Assembly: GCA_050273025.1 (NCBI GenBank)
Contig: CP158635.1
Location: 12,524,001 to 12,588,000, forward strand
Direction: 5' to 3'
Source of the DNA: Cenococcum geophilum
Lineage: Eukaryota
Length of the DNA: 64,000 bases
The position numbers and the translations under genes are program-made. The notes under the pieces are model-generated. The model had not been told where the DNA came from, ran no database searches, and saw only the letters and a list, made by a program, of their open reading frames with translations. Numbering within the stretch: position 1 is the first letter of the stretch; each line of letters opens with the position of its first letter. This document shows positions 38,648 to 50,732 of this stretch, one piece after another.

Positions 38648-39429
38648 TCACCGTCCCTCCCCCTCCCCCTCCCCCTCCCCCTCCCCCTCCCCCTCCCCTT
38701 CCCCTCTTTCCTTCTCCCTCCTCTCCCCTATCTCCTTCAAGGCCCTCCTTGTCCCCTCAACAATCAATCCATGCTCCACCTTGTGCATCCTCTTCTCCAA
38801 CTCCTCCAGTGTCTCCCCCTCCCTCATCTCCACCTCCTCCACCACAATCGCGCGCCCCGCATCCACCTCCGCAATGACCTCATGAATCATAATGCCGGTC
38901 CTCTTGATCTCGCCCTTCCGAAAAGCCTCCCACGCCCGCTCGATCGCGCCCGCGCCCGCAAACTCCCCGGGCAGCGCGGGGTGCAAGTTTATAACGGGGA
39001 CGCCGGCGGCGGCGAGGGGCGCCAGGAACGAGGGCGCCAGGATGTGCATCCAGCCGGCGCAGACGGCCAGGGAGGGCGCGTCGGCGAGGATTAGCGCCGC
39101 CAGGTCCGCGTCGTAGGCGCTGCGGGCGGCGCTGATCCCCGCGGGCGTGTCGGGGTGCTGCTTTTTGTACGGGATCAGGTTGTGGTAGGTTGTAGGGATG
39201 GAGGCCGCCGCGGCGCGGGTCAGGCCGTAGGCGGATTTCCGGCTGGGAGGGAGAGGTTAGCGGAGGGTGGTTTGGAGGGATGGGAAGGGGGGGTAGGGTG
39301 TTACTTTGATATTACGCGGATTATGCGGGTGGAGGGGAGGGCGGAGGAGGCGCAGGCGTTGATGAGGGCTTGTAGGTTTGTGCCGTTGCCGGATATGAGG
39401 ACTGTGAGCTTGTAGGTGGGTTCAGACAT
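38648..39429 (-). CDS. ADE8: Phosphoribosylglycinamide formyltransferase; exons 39305-39429 and 38648-39242; 239 aa
   Basis: Motifs LTVLISGNGTNLQALI, VISNRKSAYGL, CAGWMHIL, INLHPALPGEFAG and TGIMIHEVIAEVDAG. Intron 39243-39304 (GTAAC...CTAAC...CAG); 720-nt frame. Confidence 0.95.
38657..38705 (-). repeat. (GAGGGG)n hexamer repeat encoding a Gly-Glu tail of Ade8
   Basis: ccccct repeats on the + strand; the protein ends GEGEGEGEGEGEGEGEGR. Confidence 0.9.
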
Positions 39430-39665
39430 GGTGGAGGCCTTTGCTGAGACGATTAGATGCAATGAATGAGGAATGATCATACTACTTGTATGAAAATTTG
39501 AAAATGTGGACGGGAGGCAGGTATTCAAGTCCTGTAGGTCTCTTGGTGTTCAGTGCAAAATATAGTAATATAAGATTGAGTGGTACTACCAATGCCGAAG
39601 CAGTGTTGTGAGATGTTTGAAGATTGAACTGCTTCGCGATATCTTTTTTGGTGGAGCTTAATTGG

Positions 39666-42600
39666 TGATAATAAAGTTTATTCCGCCCGGAGGCACTAAG
39701 CCTAAAGGGCACTAGTACTATATTACATAATTACGCTTCCTTTAGTCTCGCCATATTCTCGTACAAGCCCGTACATATGCCTTGTTTAGTATTCCCTAGT
39801 ATTACTTATGCCTTATTTTACGAGATCTTATAGGTGGTTAATAGCAGGTAGTCTTAGGGGGGGGGTGTTCCTCCAAGTATTTAGTGTCCTATCTTCGGCG
39901 ATTAAAGCGAGATCTGCTAGTAGCACAAGGGTATATAGTGTAGGTTGGTTAAAGCGTAAAGGGGGGGAGGGGGGGGAGTTTCTAACTGTAGTAAACGGGT
40001 TATTAATCCAATTCTGCCTTAAGTCGTCTAGTAGCTATTATATATTTTACTATCGCTCGGACCGCGTCTATGTTTAGTGTCTACTGTCTAGGGTTAGTTG
40101 GTGCCTTCCCCCTAAGATAAAAGGATAAGCTGCCTCTTCTTATATCTGTTTACTATAGCATTTACTCTTAGTATACTATCTATTTTATACACCTAAAGAG
40201 GAAGTATTTAACTGTTTCTCTTACCTAACCGTAATTACATTAATCTGATTCTGCCGCCCTAATGTAATATAGATACCTATTAAGTTGTATTATTTCTATC
40301 CATAACTAGGCCAATATATTTACCTCTCCTTACTTAAGGGAGTTATATAGCCTGCGGGTATATTTACCTAGTAGTGCTATATCTATTTTTCTTAAGTACC
40401 TTTCTACTTCTTCTAGTAGTGTTTTCCTACCCTACTATTTTATTCTTGTAGTGTTTATTATTATAGCCTTAGCCTAGTATTGTTGTCCTTATAGTAGGCG
40501 TCCTTATATAGTGGCTTATTATGCTGCTATTTTTGCCTTCTTGCCTAGTTTAAACTCCCCTTATAGGACCTATATAATAAGAAAGCGGTTACTTCTTTAC
40601 CTTAGTGTGTAGGCTATATTATAGATCTATATAATACTTATTTGGCTAGACTATTACTTAGGTTAGCTAAGCGCTAATAGTGCTGCCTAATTACTGGTAA
40701 ATATAGTAATCTATCTCCCCTGTAGATCCGGTAGTAAGTATCTTATTACCATTAATATTGCTACTAGTTTAGCCGTATATAGGTTTTGTTCTACTCTTAG
40801 TCCTAATATAATTAAGTATATAACTGCTTCCCTATTACTAAGGGTGTTATAGATAACACCTTCTATCCCTACTATGCCTCTCCTCCTAGACGAGCTTGTT
40901 GCGATCTGTATTCCTTAGGTAGAGTTAGCTGTTTTAGTTACCTTATCTTTATCTAGGTTAATGCTTATAAGCAGTCGGTCCTCCTATAGTAGTACTATAT
41001 AGGGTTGTGTAACCTCTATCTTATCTGTTGGTGTATATTAGTATATATAGGCTATCTTCTACAGTAGGGACGTAAACCTCTAAAGTACCTTAGTGCGGAG
41101 CCTTAATAGTGGGTTTGTCTTATATAGTGTGCGGAGGTTAACCTATAGCTTTATAGCCCTCTCTAAGTGCCGCTTGCGTACTAACTATATACTTACTTCA
41201 GCCTCCCTAATAACTATAGCTACTATATAGAAAGTTCCTATAATTGCCTACGCTCTAATTCTTTATACCCTATTTATTATGGCTGACGCGGAACCCCTAT
41301 AGGCGTATATTTAGATATTTAAGGCGTAGTCTACTACCGGCGCTACCGTTGCCCTAAATAGTTATCTTATAGTTAAAGGGGATACCATCCGGAGTCTCTT
41401 TAATGCCATTACTGCGATAAGGCCCTTGGTGGCTGCTTTTGTGATATATTACTTATACTAAAGCTCCACATCTATAACTACCCCTAAAATCTTAGCTATA
41501 TGCCCTAGTGTAACTGTTTTTCCCTTAATTATAAACAGAGTAGTATTGGTCCGCTCCATGTTTCTTATAAAGTGCACTAATATAGTCTTTTTACCTTTAA
41601 ACGTTGCGCCGCTTTATTTCTCCTAGTTTATTGCTCTATTAATAATAGCCTAAATACCTTTACGGTTTGCTGCTGCTAATAGTTCTATAACCTATATATT
41701 ATAGTCGTCCACAAACGCTATTAAGCCTCTATTTATATTAAGCTGGTGCTAAACTAGGTTAGCGTTAAAAAAGAGGAATAGTATTAGTGAGAGCGGCGAT
41801 CCTTATAGTAGTTCTGCTTATAGTAACTATTACTAGTTAAAGGTATAGCCGCTAACTAAGATAGTCGTTATCTGATTAAAGCAGAATGTATTAATCCACT
41901 ATACTAGTACTAGTGGTATACCTCTTACTATAAGCCTCTATAATAGCCTCTCTTTATATACTCCGTTATATACACCCTTTATATTAAAGCTAATAAGGCT
42001 AAGTACCTTCTTAGACCTTTACGCGTTATAGATATGTTCTTATAGTAATAGCAGCGCCTATTTAGTGGAACGCTTCTTTTTTACCTTAAAGTAATTTATA
42101 GGTAGTAGACCGAAGGTCTCTACTATATGCGATATTCTCTTAGTAACTATAGACTCTAGTACCTTACCTAGCGTAGACAGTAGGGAGATAGGCCTCTATG
42201 CCCTTGCCTTTATATAGTCTCCTTTATTCGGCTTCTTAAGCGGTATAATCTTAGCATTTCTTTATTAGTTGGGAAGGTTGCCTTTATCTAGTGAGGTCTA
42301 AAAGAGGAACAGGACCCTATCTTTTATTACTGGCTATATCTGCCTCTATACTATCGCTAGTAGTCCGTTATCCTCTGGCGCTTTCTATAGCTTTACTATA
42401 AATATTTTCCGTTCTACCTCTTCCATTGTAAGACACGGCATTAGTATTAGCGTTTATTAAGGCCGCGGGCCCTTATTCTCTATTCCTGTTAGCAGCAGGG
42501 GAAAGAATATAGTTAATAGCTTTGCTGCTTACTTATCTTTACCTTCTATAGTAAATCCATCCGCCCTTACTAATAGTGGTATCTTATTAAACGCTAAGTT

Positions 42601-45178
42601 GCCGCTTAGGTTAAGGTATTTTACTACTTACTAAATATTTACGTTATTAGCCAGGAAGTTATTCTAATATGTCCTTTTCTGTTTCCGTATTGCATTGTAG
42701 TATTTTTTAAGGCCTCCTTTGCTTATTACTTTAGTTCTAGTAATATCTAGCCTGCTTAGCGTTAGTTCTTTACCCGGTTTCTTTAGTAAGTGTATACCCA
42801 GCAGAGCTTTATAAGGTCTGTTATTTACTACCTTTTTATATATAGTAACGGTCTAGCTTTTAGAGTTAATGTGTAGACTACCTCTAGCACTATATCTATA
42901 AGCCAGTCTGTTTACTACTATACTTTACTACCTACTAGGATAATATAGAGGGCGGTAGTGACCCTATTCCTAATTTCATTCTATAGTATATTCTTAAAGA
43001 GTATTCTCTATTCTATAGCGCGTTTAGGGACCGTAATATTAAATGCCGTCTTAATTACCTTATAATTAGATCCGTGTTCTGTCCCATATACTATATACTT
43101 TACTATTATAGATGCTAGTTCGTCTAATACTAGGATTAGGTTAATTATTATCTCGTAGTTACCATTTTACTATATTTTCGTACCCCTAGGTAGTAGGCTA
43201 CGTAGGGAGTGATCTACTATAAGATTAATAATCGGGTTAGCTTCTCCCTATCTCGCCTATAATATATTATTTTCTCCCTATAGCTAATTATGCCGATTAA
43301 AGTCTCCTACGAGTATTATATCGGTTTATATACCTATCTTATTCTATATTTCCTGGATTAGTTAATATAGTTTACCGGTTATATCCTATAGTGCCTCTAT
43401 ATTCTTTCCCTTAACGTATACTAACACTACTAGTACTAATTGGTCGGGAAGGCGCAGCACTGCCGCGGTAAGGTCTGCTGATTATACTGGCACCTATACG
43501 GCCTCGATGTCTTTTTAAACCTATAGCATACTCTATACCGCCCACCTCTCTTTACGTTAGACCGTGGGTATTACCTTAGTTTAATTTAAGTGTCCTATAG
43601 GGACTGTTACGACTATATTATCCGTTTTCTATGCATATGGCTCTAATATCGCTAATACTCTAAAGTCTTTTAGTTATTTATCGTTTATTAAGCTCTGCTA
43701 TACCATACTCTACTTTTAAATATTTAGTTAAAGTATCTAAAGTGTCTTATATATAGCGGGTAGGATAAAGCACTTAATAGTTTTTACTAAACGATTTATA
43801 TAGTCCTCTGTATAGTATATACTTTAGGATCTATCCTTAGCAGTCGTTATAATAATATCCTTCTTAAGCGCATCTAGCATATACTTGCGGTCTTATATAT
43901 ATAAATACTTTATGTTCTAATGTCTAATACTAATAGTATTGCGTTAGACCGCTTTTAGGTTTATAGGTTCTAATATAGGCTAATTCCCCTATAATATAAA
44001 AGTATTAGTCCTGCAGCAACCGTGCTGCTTTACTACTTTTGGTAACGTATATAACCATTAATCTATATACCTTTCCTATATCTTTTTTACTAAGCCATCC
44101 TATCTGGGCTATATATACATTGTTCTCTTTTTCTAGTACCTCCACTGCTTTATCTTAAATCTTTCCTTCCTAGTTAAGAACTACTGTTTAATTAGCGTTG
44201 TTAATTTTTACTAGGTAGAGCTGGTCTTGCAGCACCCAAATACTAAGTACTAAGGTCTTTTAGGCCGCTTCTTTTATATATTAGAGCTCGGCTTTATTTC
44301 TATAAGTTATCCTAATACATACGGGGTTCCTAGGGTCTTTAATTACTGCTACACAGCGCTAGCTCTTATAGCCTTCCGTTAAGCGTATACTACTTTTAAT
44401 TACTTGCCTAATTACCCCTAGTTATGCTTTATTCTTATTTTCTTCTTTAACTCTAAATGTATTAAATATGTAGTATAGCGTATTAGTGATAGTCGATAGC
44501 ATAGTATTCCTTAAAGGGAAGGATGTTAGGTTGCTTAGTTAACTGTTTAGCGGCATATAGGCAACCTCCGCGTACAACAGATCCGCACTTAGTGGTGCTT
44601 AAATATTAAACAATTAGGTCTAGATCACCTCTATCTTTTCTATAACCTCTACTCTAAGCGCGTTAATCTGCTCTATAAATATTTCGGTAAGAGCTTTAAT
44701 TTAGTTCGCTTATGTCTCTTTCTACTCCTCTATTGCCCCTAGTAGTGATATAACTAGGTTAGTTAGCACCTTAATATACTTATTTAATATTACATTTATC
44801 TTCTTAGTTGTTAATTAATTTGCTATAGTAGCTGTTATTACTAATTACTCTATTCTCTTTTTAGCCATTATAAGGTTTCTTATTAACAGTATTTGATCCT
44901 TGGAGCGTAAGTTTTTCCCTATACGCTTTGATCGTGGTGTACTAGGGGCCACTGCTGCCACGTGAACCGTATCTTCTGTATTGCTTTTATAGCTGTCGAC
45001 TTTAAGGGCCTTGGTTGTCTTGGCGCGTCCCTGACGCAGTTGACGCGTCGAGCCTCCTTCCACCTCTGCCGTCTCCATCTTCCCGTTCTCAACTTGGCTA
45101 ACGTGACAGTGTCCGTATAGGGTAGGCGTAAGAATAGTATAATAATATAGAAAAGAATCACCCCTGGGTTCTTAGTTC
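39666..45178 (-). mobile_element. Full-length Tad1-like LINE (ORF1 with zinc knuckle; ORF2 with endonuclease, RT and probable RNase H), RIP-degraded
   Basis: 13-bp TSD GGAGCTTAATTGG at 39653-39665 and 45179-45191. ORF1 starts at 45078. RT motifs GSPLS (~41790-41805) and AFVDDY (~41701-41718). Confidence 0.92.
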
Positions 45179-45873
45179 GGAGCTTAATTGGAGGGTGGTG
45201 GGGTCTTAAGAATATTTTATCTCGTACCCAGAGCTTCTACCGAAGTTTATCTATAGCGCTAAACCGCATTAAGAAAACCTTCGGGGGGACAGATGCATGG
45301 TGTTACGAAGAACGACTGTATACTATCTAAGCGGGCATTACGTGATCCCAGGAAGCTCCTGTGGATGCCTTAACCCCCTACCAACAGATGGTCTGGGACG
45401 CGATTTAAATTTTATATAGTGTAGAGGTCGCTATCTAAAGTCTTTACACCTTCCCGATTAAGAAGATTTAACTTACCCCCCGGTAGAATATTATATATTT
45501 TATTACTAAAGGCTTAAAACTTATATTTAAAACACTAAATATCTATATAAATAATTGCTAAAAAGTAGAAAGAAGGTGGTTATAAGATATTACTACTTAA
45601 TTAAAGGACTTTATAGAGTTAGTAGCGGAGCTAGGATATTATAGCACTAATAAAATATAGCAGAACTTGGCAGAACTTTGCGGTTATGTGACTAGAGAAC
45701 CGCATAAAAGAATACTACGCTATTCTTCTTCTCCTTTCCTTTCTTTAGCTTTAGATCCTCGTTTATAGACAATCCAATTATATAGGCTTACGCGTCCCTC
45801 TTACCGTGCTTATACCTCGATTAATAAAGTTATTAATATTATCTAAAGCTTATCTACTCTTTTTCCTAAAAAG

Positions 45874-46056
45874 TGTTACGGCACCGTAACGGATCTAGTT
45901 AGGGGGCTCGCTTAAGCCTTAGTATATGTATATAGACGTGTCCTTTTCCTCCTTTTACTCCTTATCTTAATATCTAAGTCCATAAACTACTAATTGTATA
46001 GGCTTATATACGTTCTTTACGGCGCTCATGCCTTGATTGACTAAGTCGCTGTAATA
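45874..46056 (+). mobile_element. Solo LTR (related to family C) inserted in the leader of element C
   Basis: tgttacggcacc...gtcgctgtaata with TSD AAAAG/AAAAG. Confidence 0.85.
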
Positions 46057-46808
46057 AAAAGGAACTTAAATATATCTATAGACTATAAATAGGATAAGGA
46101 TATAAAACTAGACTTAAAGAATATTACTAATCTAATAAGAATAGAATAGGACCTTAAGGATAGGATAGGACTAAAGGGATACGTATAATATAGCCTAAAA
46201 AACCTATATAGAATAGAACCCTTAAAGAAACTATTAGAAATTACCTAATACCCCTATTACTATGCTAAGAAATATAGTAGCTAGTAAAGTAGCTGTAGAA
46301 CCCTTAACTACCTTTAATAGTAAAATATTAACTAACTTAAACTTTTAAGGGGAGCTTGCGGCAGCTAATACTAAAATTAAATAACTTTAAGAGCAGCTTA
46401 AAACTAGAAATACCCCTATACCTAATAAGGAGTTATTAGATACCTAAAGGCTTACTATAGTCCTTAAAACCTTAGCCTAATATATAGTATTAGTATTATT
46501 ACGGACCGTAAAGGTCGCGGACCCCCTATTACTTATAGATAAAACTAACCCTAGATTTAATAATTAGAAGCTTTAATTATAAAATAAGCTTAAAGTTAAC
46601 GAGGATTACTTCCCTACTATTTAAGCTAAAATAGCCTATGTCTTTAGCCGTACTGGAAGGAACGTATAAATATATCTGTCTATAATACGCCTAGGACTTA
46701 GTAGACCCCTTCCTCTCTAAAAAAGAAATAATTAACTACCTATCTTTTATCTATAAGTGTAACGGAACCTTATAGCAAGTACTATAATAGGCTCGTTAAT
46801 GGGCTAGG

Positions 46809-49800
46809 TGTGAGGTGAGGATGTGGATAGGGAGTCCAATGATAGAACAATAGGTATATTGTATAGATAGAGACGAATCCTTAAGGGAGAAGGAGGAGTC
46901 TAAGGTGCGAGGTAAGGGGTTTCCATAGGCACGTGCAGCGCACGTGCCTCACAGGCGAGTCGCCTGCGGGTCGCCTGCACCTCGCAGCTATATAGCTATC
47001 TACTCAGGTTTCACCTAACAATGCCCCCCCCTTTAAAAAGGGTCGTCCCCGATCCTTTATATGCTTAGGCCTTGATAAAACCCTATAAAAACCTTAATAA
47101 GGAAAAAATTAGAAGGGAAAGAGCGTCCTAATTTTACGTATAGAGAGATAGGTGGTATACTTACGCGAAGATATTAAGGAACTTTGACCGCCGGTTAAAG
47201 TTATCTAATTAGTTAGATTTGGCTTACTAAAACTTCCCTATATTTTACTAAGCTAATAGCGATTTTGTATACCTGGCATGGAAAATCCTAATTAGTCCGT
47301 TTAATAGGTAGAGCTAGTAGCTTAATGCTGTCGCCCGAATTTAGTAGATATAAAATATTCTAAAAGCTTGCTTACGTAAGTAGGTCGCTAGTACCTCGCG
47401 GGTAAGTCGTAGGTTACTTACATGCAGCTAGATTTATAGACGGTAAGGCTGTATACCCATTAAACCCACCGCTAACCCTTGCTTTAGCCTTACGTTATAC
47501 CGGCGTAGCGCCGTATATACTTTGCGGGTAGGTTATAGGTTACTTATATACAGCTAGATTAGGACAGTAAGGCTATATACCCATTAAATCCGCCACTAAC
47601 CCTTGCTTTAGCCTTACGCGTTATCTATATAGTATATGCGTAGAATAGTGTATAAGTTGTCTATATAGGTCCCTACTAGTAGGTCACTAGCAGGTTATAG
47701 ACCCCAGTTAAAGGACCCCGGTCTTGGACGGGTATAGGATAATATAAGTCGTCAGTATAGGTTACTACTAGTAGGTCACTAGCGGGTTAAAGACCCTAGT
47801 TAAAGGACCTTAATTACAGACGGACCTATCTAGTATAAGTTATCGGTATAGGTTACTACTAGTAGGTTACTAGTGGGTTATAGACCCCGGTTAAAGGACC
47901 CTAGTCTTAAACGGACTTATTACCTAACGTATAAATAGTCTATAAAGGTGGTATAGAGTAACGGACTAGGTTTAGGCCTAGGAGAGTACTTTTTAATTAC
48001 TTTAGGGTCATTAGCGGTGCGCTATAGCCTCGCCTATAAGTCGCCTATAAGTCGCCGGGTTGTGGTAGAGTATAGCTTATATAGAATATTAATGAATTAA
48101 GCTTCACCCCATATATATACCGCAACTCTTACTATAAGCGTTAGCTTATTCCTTAATCCCTTAGGATATCCTCTGCCTTTCTTTAATATAGGCTATATCT
48201 TAGCAGTAGCAGTGCTTACCTTTTGCTTACGCTTTAGCTATAAGGCTAGGTGGTAGCACATTAGCTTTATAAAATGGTCTATAAGGATAAGGAGGTGTCT
48301 TAAACTTAGGGAGATCCGTAGTAAAGTTAAGTAAGTAATACCGCTAGGCTTATGTGGGGGCCTTAAGGGCTATAGCTTACTATAAGGTGTATAGCGGTGC
48401 GATTTAAGCGTTAGCAGGTATTATAGTACCTAGGTATTTACGGAGGTCCTTAGTAAGGCCAGACCTTATCATACCTTAAGAGTCCTTAAGTGTTGCCAGC
48501 AGGAACTCACCCCTAGGTAGTCGCGTATAGAGCGTATAAAGGCGTCCCTTATACTCTATAGATAGACTAGTAACTTAGGGGTATTCCATAAGCCGTTTCG
48601 GCTACAGTAGCTACTACTACTATTACTATAGCACGAGACTCTGCGCGAAGTTAGTGCTAGTAAGGTAACTTATAAGGTTATTACGGGGGACCGTTGCCTG
48701 GGCTAAGGGTCTAGCGCTATTAGGTTAGTTAAAGTTTTAATAAAAATAGCAGGACACTCTAGTCCGCCGGCGCTAGGTTATTGGTGTAGTAGCACCAAAA
48801 CCGCCTATAAGGTCTATAACCCGCAACTTTTATATAGCGTTAAGGGTTAATTTGGCACCTATTATTATATTAAATACGTAGGCGGACTTTACCCTAGGGC
48901 GTATCTATCGCAATATATACCATAATGCGTTCCCTTTCTCCCTATCTAGCGTCGGGTCGCGATGCGCCTGCGTAAGGTATGTATTTAGGGGTATATAGTA
49001 TCCGAATCTTTAGGCTTATATATAGGTTATTAGTATAAGTCACTACTAGCGGGTCACTAGCGGGTCGTAGACCCCGGTTAAAGGACCCTAGTTACAGACG
49101 GACCTGTCTGCTAATATACGTTGTTAGTATAGGTTACTACTAGCAGGTTACTAGTGGGTTAAAGGACCCTAGTTAAAGGACCCTAGTTATAGACGGACCT
49201 ATCTAGTATAAGTCGTCAGTATAGGTCACTACTAGTAGGTCACCAGTGGGTTAAAGGGCCCTAGTTAAAGGACCCCGGTTATAGACGGACCTACTACCTA
49301 ATAGTTAGGCATTATTTGTAGCGGTTTACCGCTAGTGTTCTTTGCGATTACTACCTACGTTCTTCTTACGATGCGCAGGCGTATTGCCGGCGTCTAGGGG
49401 GTCCTCTAAGCCATCTAGCTGTTAAGTAGTCTCCCCTAGAGCTTAGTTAGGAAAGCGTCGCCTTCCTAGGGTTCCGTTCTCTAAACCTAACCCTACGGAG
49501 CCTATGCTACGACCGCGCTTCAGGCGCGAGGATCTGCTATTATTAGCTGCGCGGTCTTCCGCGAGCTTTGTAGTATTAAGCAATTACTCTATATAGCGGA
49601 TTTCTGTAAAGAGGTCCTTAGTAGTTTTCACCCGTATAGCGAAGTTCTAGCGGAAGAGCTCTGCCTATAGGTAGGTTAGGAGATATAAGAACTAAAAGTC
49701 TACCTGCTAATTAGGGTTGATAAAAGGGGTGTATAAGAAGAGGTCCTCTAAGCTATATATACGGGCTAAGAAGGTGTTAAACCTCTGGTTCTCCTTTATT

Positions 49801-50732
49801 ATAGTTATATAATACACAGTAGCATTTTTAAAGTGTCTTACTATAGGGTTCTTAATCTAGTCTTAGACTATAGTCTTAAGTTTGTCCTATAGTAGAGGAC
49901 CCTTATCTTTAGCGCCTAGGCGGCGATGTACTAGTTAGGTAACTATCTTCTCTTTTATAAGACCTTTAATGGCCTAGCGCGTACGTCGCTCGCAGTCGTA
50001 GTTAGCGTTATTAATCTTAAATTGATTCTCGATTGCGGCAATCTATTAGTTAAACTTCTGTTAAGTAGTGCCACTAATATTAGGCGGTGACTTCTTAACT
50101 AGGGCGTCGAGATTCGTTTATTATATGCGTTCGCTGCGCAACTTATACTCTTTACTAGAGGGGTAACGGGAGGTTAAATTGATGATGCTTTATAAGTTGG
50201 CTATTTTCTTAGCTAGCTTATCTAGCTCCTTTAGGTCAGCAGTATTCGGTAGGACGCTAGTAACCTTGCTAAGCTCCTATTAAGCCCAGGTATATAAGTC
50301 AAACTAGTCTCCAGCGTTCGTAGATATTTAATCGTCTTAAGATTCGGAAGGTCGCGTAGATTCTACTAATATGCTTTTAGCACTAGATCCTAAGGCATTT
50401 TGCAGTCGTGTTGCTAGCGTGTCGCCGTCAAGTATAGGCGTCGATCTTATCTTCGGAGGTATTGTAGATCGTAGAAAATTAAACCGGCTATCCTCCTAAA
50501 GGGATTAGTAAGGATTCAAATGTAAGGTAAGAATGTGGATAGGGAGTCCAATAATAGAACAATAGGTATATTGTATAGATAGAGACGAATCCTTAAGGGA
50601 GAAGGAGGAGTCTAAGGTGCGAGGTAAGGGGTTTCCATAGGCACGTGCAGCGTACGTGCCTCACAGGCGAGTCGCCTGCGGGTCGCCTGCACCTCGTAGC
50701 TATATAGCTATCTACTTAGGTTTTACCTAATA
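46809..50732 (-). mobile_element. Internally deleted non-autonomous derivative of Gypsy family B (B2, 3.9 kb)
   Basis: LTRs 46809-47020 and 50521-50732; TSD CTAGG/CTAGG. The internal sequence matches only patches of 5667-12200. Confidence 0.92.

Noticed and set aside
38525..39094. 189-aa + strand ORF with PLPLPL repeat
   Set aside because: It is the antisense shadow of GC-rich ADE8.
45080..45178. Ribozyme at the 5' end of the first LINE
   Set aside because: The minus-strand leader is pyrimidine-rich with no P1/P2/P3/L3 pattern.
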